Below are positions 59,410 through 64,000 of a stretch of DNA of 64,000 bases, piece after piece (within the stretch, counting starts at the first letter, position 1; each line of letters opens with the position of its first letter). The translations under genes were made by a program, and so were the position numbers. The notes beneath the pieces are model-generated. The model saw only the letters and a list, made by a program, of their open reading frames with translations, was not told the DNA's origin and searched no databases. The DNA comes from a virus (lineage: Duplodnaviria > Caudoviricetes), in the IMG/VR virus record IMGVR_UViG_3300021387_001666, positions 1 through 64,000 of that record; one strand, 5' to 3'.

Positions 59410-60090
59410 ATGGCAAATAATGAATTTACAATTCCTATTCCTGCAAGACTAAAGAACGTGGCTAAAGGAGGCCATGTTGCAGGAGCGGACCAAATAATAG
59501 ATGATGAACTTGGACTTGAGCAGAGTGTTATCAACAAGGCTGTTTTTGGCAATGCTATAACTGTAGGTTTCAGTGCAAGTCCTGCTACTATAAATGTTGG
59601 CAGTTCTACTGATGTTACCTTTACGGCTACAAGCACTAAGGTTGAAGCTACAAGCATAGTCATCAAGAAAGATAATGATATATTAAAGGAAGGTAGCGGT
59701 ACTGTTTTAAATGCTACTGCTGCTGTTAATCCTATAGATGATGCAGGCAGCACATTCAAGGCTGAGTTTGCTATTGGTGGTCTGTCAAGGATTTCTACTC
59801 TTAGGACTATATTCTTTGGTTTCGGAGGTGCTGAATATTCTGATAATGTACTGAAGAAAGCAAGCTTGAAGTCTGGTGTTGGTGGAACATATACTGTGAA
59901 TGTAACTGCTGCAAACAGCTATGTATGGTTTGTTGTTCCTAATAGCATGACTATTAGCAAGGCTACTAAGAGTGGGTTTAATTATCCTCTTGAATCTGCT
60001 CAGAATGTTACTGTCGGAGGTACTGCTTATAAGGCATACAGAACTAAGAATACATATGATGTGGGAAATGAAGTTGTTGTACTATCTTAA
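59410..60090 (+). CDS. Structural Ig-like/fibre protein
   Basis: VAGADQIIDD..QS.IN N-module; beta-rich. Confidence 0.7.
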   Translation: MANNEFTIPIPARLKNVAKGGHVAGADQIIDDELGLEQSVINKAVFGNAITVGFSASPATINVGSSTDVTFTATSTKVEATSIVIKKDNDILKEGSGTVLNATAAVNPIDDAGSTFKAEFAIGGLSRISTLRTIFFGFGGAEYSDNVLKKASLKSGVGGTYTVNVTAANSYVWFVVPNSMTISKATKSGFNYPLESAQNVTVGGTAYKAYRTKNTYDVGNEVVVLS

Positions 60091-60102
60091 ATTTGAAACA
60101 TT

Positions 60103-62703
60103 ATGGCAAACAAGAAAACAGGTGATATTGAAATAGGTGGCAGACTGTTTAATACTGCTACTGGTAATATAGTTGCTGGTGCTGATGCTATCAAGGATGA
60201 GGCAAAAGGCAAGACTCAAGCTGAAATAAATGTTGAGACTTATGAGCATGTGGCTGACATTAATGCTGCACTTCAAGAACTCAGTCCCGACCAAACAGAG
60301 GCTCTTGCACTGGCTACAGATGTGGTAAATTTAAAAGGAGATGTTGACCAAGGTGCAGTCTTTGATGTAAGTGCCAAATATCCTACAAGTGGTGTGGATG
60401 GTGGCAATACTTATACTCTTGAAGGTGCGCTTGCTGTACTTAATGCTAATCTTCCTGCCAGCAAGAAGAAGGGTGGAATGAGCATCAAGTTTGTACAGAG
60501 TTCTGACAACAAGTATGTGCAGTATAGATTGATGGCTGATGCATGGAGTGATGATACTGATGATTGGTTTATTTCAGAAGAAGGTGTTTATGTAGAGAAT
60601 CCTGAGTTTGTCTATGTAAAGACAGATGCAGAAAATAAAATCTTATGGGCTATTAAGGCTGACGGCAGTATTTACTATGGTGCAGGATGTCCACAACAAG
60701 TAAAGGACTACATTGAAGAAAAACTCTCATCATTATCTCTTGACGAATATGAGGATATAGTTGCTTTCATGAACGGCTTAGAAGAAGGGGACAAAACCTT
60801 ACAGCAGCTATTGACTGAAAAACTTGATGCAGAAGGATTGGATGCTAATGCTCTTGGCACAATTGAAGTTATTGAAAATCAAGAGTGGATTGATGTTAAG
60901 ACAGACTCAGAGGGTAAAATCCTTGAAGGAGTTAAGGCTGACGGGACTAAGGTTATTGAACTACCTCTTGAAATACAAGGAGTACGTCAGGAAACTGTTG
61001 ATAATCCTGAATTTATACAAGTTACTACTGATTTGGAAGGGAAGATTATTGAAGGGACTAAAAAGGATGGCAAAAAGGTGTTCTTCGCTGGGATTGAAGG
61101 AGTGGTTATGGATGCCGATATTGATAAATTAGAACATGATGTAGAATATGCCAATAGCCAAATTGCTTCTCTTACTGATGAGATTAAAGATATAGATGGC
61201 TGCTATCATGGAAATAATGCTATTGAACTGGCATATATTGACATGAACTCTACACTTGTTTCAAGTCATTTGAAGAATGGAGAAAAAGGACTTGTAGTTA
61301 GTGCAAGACCAGAACTTGTAATAAAGGATAGCCAAGGCAATGTAACTATTAACGATGATGTTGATTATATATGCTCGTCTGCATTCCTTTATGGCACAGT
61401 TTATTATAAGGTGTTCAGCGATATAGTCAATGGTGTTACAGAATGGTTCTTTGTTGAATATGATGAAAAGGCTGGATACAACAACTTAAAGAGCGCCTCT
61501 GTTCCTCTTATGGAAACTATGCCAGACTATAGTCAAGAATCCTGGGATTGGAGTAAAGATGTAAATGGGAGGTACACTATTATGCAACAGGTCTATGACT
61601 ATCTTGATGCTTTGATGGTTGAAAACCCTACTGTTATGGAAAAGTATGACCCAATGGCTACTCAGGATTATGAAGAAGATGGTGTAACTATTCGTGCTAT
61701 GCCAAAATTACGTGAATGGGACACTAATCCTCCGATTATACAATACATGATTAATCATGGGTATAGCCAGTATCCTTTTTGGTATAATGGTATTTCGGAA
61801 GGAGATTATGATATAACTGTAGGAAGTAACATTTATCATGCACATCTTAAAGCAACACCGAAGTTTAAAACTTTTGTATATAAGTTAAGTAAAAAAGATA
61901 TATGGTATTCAACAAGAAGCAATAGTAAAAAGATTGCAAGAAGAACATTGTATATTCAGGCGGGTGTTCATGGTGACGAGAATATGGGTCCTGTTGCTAC
62001 TGCACATTTGGTCAAGGAGCTTCTCAGCGACTCAAAGGGGGCTTATTCAGTATTAGCCAATTATGATGTTTATATTCTGCCGGTTCTTGACGGCTATAAC
62101 TCTTTGCATGGTTCATACAATGGTGCTTATGGCACTAATGCCAACAGGAATTATCCTACTCCTTGGTGGAGAGAAGAAGATGCTGCATGGGGACTGGCTG
62201 CTGGTGACTATTTTGTCACACGACTTGCCTGTGCTTTTATAGATGTTTTCAAACCAGATGTAGCATTTGATGTGCATGACCAGACTGCTACTGCTCTTGA
62301 TAGCCAAGGAAACTATTTCCATGACTTTGGATATTTCTGTAGTGGCCTTTACCATACTTGCCACCAGATGTATCAGACTGTTGCGGAGATATTGAATGTA
62401 GTTCGCAATACACAAAGATTTGAGCAATACTTTGGTACTAAAAACCAAATTCCTCAGTTCAGTGCTCGGTGTGAAAGAATGAATGCGGCTCATGCTCACG
62501 ATTATTTCTTCTACAAGGATATGAGAACATCAGGACTTATGGAACTTCCAAGTAGTATTAACTGGGTAGCACAGGAAGATGGTAGTTGTATATCACAAAG
62601 AGTTATTGAAAATGACTATAATGTTCATACATGGGAACTTGCAGCACTAATTCTAATTAACTTTACTTATGGAATGTGCGAATATAATTTGATAACAAAA
62701 TAA
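60103..62703 (+). CDS. Tail fibre/spike with C-terminal M14-like zinc peptidase domain
   Basis: KKGGMSIKFVQSSDNKYVQYRL fibre module, 3x EN.E..TD.EGKI..G.K.DG, then QAGVHGDE, NANRNY, DVH. Confidence 0.75.
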   Translation: MANKKTGDIEIGGRLFNTATGNIVAGADAIKDEAKGKTQAEINVETYEHVADINAALQELSPDQTEALALATDVVNLKGDVDQGAVFDVSAKYPTSGVDGGNTYTLEGALAVLNANLPASKKKGGMSIKFVQSSDNKYVQYRLMADAWSDDTDDWFISEEGVYVENPEFVYVKTDAENKILWAIKADGSIYYGAGCPQQVKDYIEEKLSSLSLDEYEDIVAFMNGLEEGDKTLQQLLTEKLDAEGLDANALGTIEVIENQEWIDVKTDSEGKILEGVKADGTKVIELPLEIQGVRQETVDNPEFIQVTTDLEGKIIEGTKKDGKKVFFAGIEGVVMDADIDKLEHDVEYANSQIASLTDEIKDIDGCYHGNNAIELAYIDMNSTLVSSHLKNGEKGLVVSARPELVIKDSQGNVTINDDVDYICSSAFLYGTVYYKVFSDIVNGVTEWFFVEYDEKAGYNNLKSASVPLMETMPDYSQESWDWSKDVNGRYTIMQQVYDYLDALMVENPTVMEKYDPMATQDYEEDGVTIRAMPKLREWDTNPPIIQYMINHGYSQYPFWYNGISEGDYDITVGSNIYHAHLKATPKFKTFVYKLSKKDIWYSTRSNSKKIARRTLYIQAGVHGDENMGPVATAHLVKELLSDSKGAYSVLANYDVYILPVLDGYNSLHGSYNGAYGTNANRNYPTPWWREEDAAWGLAAGDYFVTRLACAFIDVFKPDVAFDVHDQTATALDSQGNYFHDFGYFCSGLYHTCHQMYQTVAEILNVVRNTQRFEQYFGTKNQIPQFSARCERMNAAHAHDYFFYKDMRTSGLMELPSSINWVAQEDGSCISQRVIENDYNVHTWELAALILINFTYGMCEYNLITK

Positions 62704-62727
62704 TATAACTTTTTAAAAATTAAAAAT

Positions 62728-63489
62728 ATGGGTAATTATTGTTTAGTAACTAAGTTAAAAGAAGCTGTTCAAAATGACAACCTTCTTAAAATGGGCGAAT
62801 GTATCTTAACAGCAAGAACTGCTGTAGTCAATAACGGATTGTATTTAAAGCCTAAAAACTCTGGTTCGTTAGATTTGGCATTCTCAACTCCTGTTTCAAT
62901 TTATACAGCAGATTGGGAGCTTATTGAATCAAATGTTAGCAGCTATACTGCTACAACAGTGGTTAAGATTGCTTTACCTGTTAATACAGATGTCAAAATA
63001 CATATTATCAAAAAGGGCGATATTCAATCAGTACAGGCGATTGGAGATGTAAATGTATCATTTAACGGGTTTGATTATTTGGATTCGTTAGGGTCATTAG
63101 AATTTAATACCAATGGTGTTCTTTCTAATCTTGACATCAATTTCTTGAAAGAGTCCGATAATATCAATTATGTTAATATCAAGAATGGTGTTGGAGGAGA
63201 TATTAATGCCGTCTCTGGAAAGAACCTCTCTGAGTTTAGAATCTACAACGCAAGCGATGTGTATGGCGATATTGAAGCATTCTCTGCTTGTACCAAGATT
63301 ACAATCCTCATTATTAACACAACTAATATTACAGGAAGTGTTGATAACCTACTTGATGCTTTGGCTGCATCAGGTAAGACAACGACTATCAGTTCTTTGA
63401 GAATTTCTGACAAGGTAACATTTAGCAAGGGTGGTGCTGGTTCTTATAGTATTGTGTTTAGCAATGGTACTTGGGATGTAGCAAGTTAA
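62728..63489 (+). CDS. Fibre-associated protein with LRR-like C-terminus
   Basis: CLVTKLK..V.N.NL.K.GE N-terminus; GDI...L..L repeats. Confidence 0.65.
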   Translation: MGNYCLVTKLKEAVQNDNLLKMGECILTARTAVVNNGLYLKPKNSGSLDLAFSTPVSIYTADWELIESNVSSYTATTVVKIALPVNTDVKIHIIKKGDIQSVQAIGDVNVSFNGFDYLDSLGSLEFNTNGVLSNLDINFLKESDNINYVNIKNGVGGDINAVSGKNLSEFRIYNASDVYGDIEAFSACTKITILIINTTNITGSVDNLLDALAASGKTTTISSLRISDKVTFSKGGAGSYSIVFSNGTWDVAS

Positions 63490-63624
63490 CACAAAAAACC
63501 ATAGTTCTTGTAATAACTAGGTACAAAAGGCAGTCACTTCGGTGACTTTAATCTAAAAAGTCCCATCCTCAGTGGTGGGACTTATAAAACAAATAAAGAT
63601 AATAAAGAATATAAAACAAAAGTT

Positions 63625-63783
63625 ATGTTTGGTTTTCTTAAAAGATTATGCTGTAAACACGAGTATGAATGGAAACGCAATATTTATGGTGATGAAATAA
63701 ATTATTGTGGTGGGAAACGTTCAATATGGAAGTGTAAGAAATGTGGTAAAATTCAATATAGAGATAAATTATATGGAAAATAG
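63625..63783 (+). CDS. Small Zn-ribbon protein
   Basis: RLCCKHEY...WKCKKCGK, 52 aa. Confidence 0.65.
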   Translation: MFGFLKRLCCKHEYEWKRNIYGDEINYCGGKRSIWKCKKCGKIQYRDKLYGK

Positions 63784-64000
63784 TTTTGCAATGCCTATTG
63801 GCGGCAAAAGTATTTTAAGAAGTACTGGTGAAGAAGTTGAGATTATTGACTTTGAAGCTAAAATTCGTGGTGATAGAGCTGATGAAGATTGGGTTACTTA
63901 TATTGATTCAGAAGGCAAGGAGCATATTAAGGAACATCTTAATATTCAGCTGGACTTTAAGACTGTCGCTAATGACACTTTTGGTAAATTGCTAGACATA
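63773..64000 (+). CDS. Hypothetical protein (truncated by window end)
   Basis: MENSFAMPIGGKSILRSTGEEVEII... open to the end. Confidence 0.6.
   Translation, partial: MENSFAMPIGGKSILRSTGEEVEIIDFEAKIRGDRADEDWVTYIDSEGKEHIKEHLNIQLDFKTVANDTFGKLLDI

Noticed and set aside
57728-64000. Diversity-generating retroelement or invertible tail-fibre locus
   Set aside because: No reverse transcriptase, template/variable repeat pair or inverted recombination sites seen in the window.

Overview
A 64-kb segment of a crAss-like (Crassvirales-type) podophage infecting a Bacteroidota host, inferred from many TAnnTTTG promoters, a Bacteroidetes-type integrase and crAss-type structural gene order. It uses the standard genetic code. 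1-8.8 kb is a minus-strand early/accessory region with small ORFs, an HNH-type endonuclease, tRNA-Gln, tRNA-Arg, a duplicated gene and a + strand RepL-like pair with 21-bp repeats. Transcription switches direction at about 8.8-9.1 kb. The mostly + strand block that follows holds a ROOL-like large ncRNA, a spanin-like gene, an integrase with intact attP and tRNA-Val (minus strand), GroES-like and IHF-like genes, intein-containing TerL, major capsid protein, ring/hub/muzzle tail proteins, large cargo proteins, lysis genes, portal, a six-gene operon of unknown function and tail-fibre genes. Most notable: (i) up to three ~450-500-nt promoter-driven, highly base-paired ORF-free RNAs (one ROOL-like, two unassigned); (ii) an antisense cassette with a modular 'xxGG'-punctuated polyprotein carrying two predicted peptidoglycan hydrolases, each next to a small membrane-anchored gene (effector/immunity-like); (iii) a complete integration module in a crAss-like phage. 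All calls come from reading the sequence; no searches were run.
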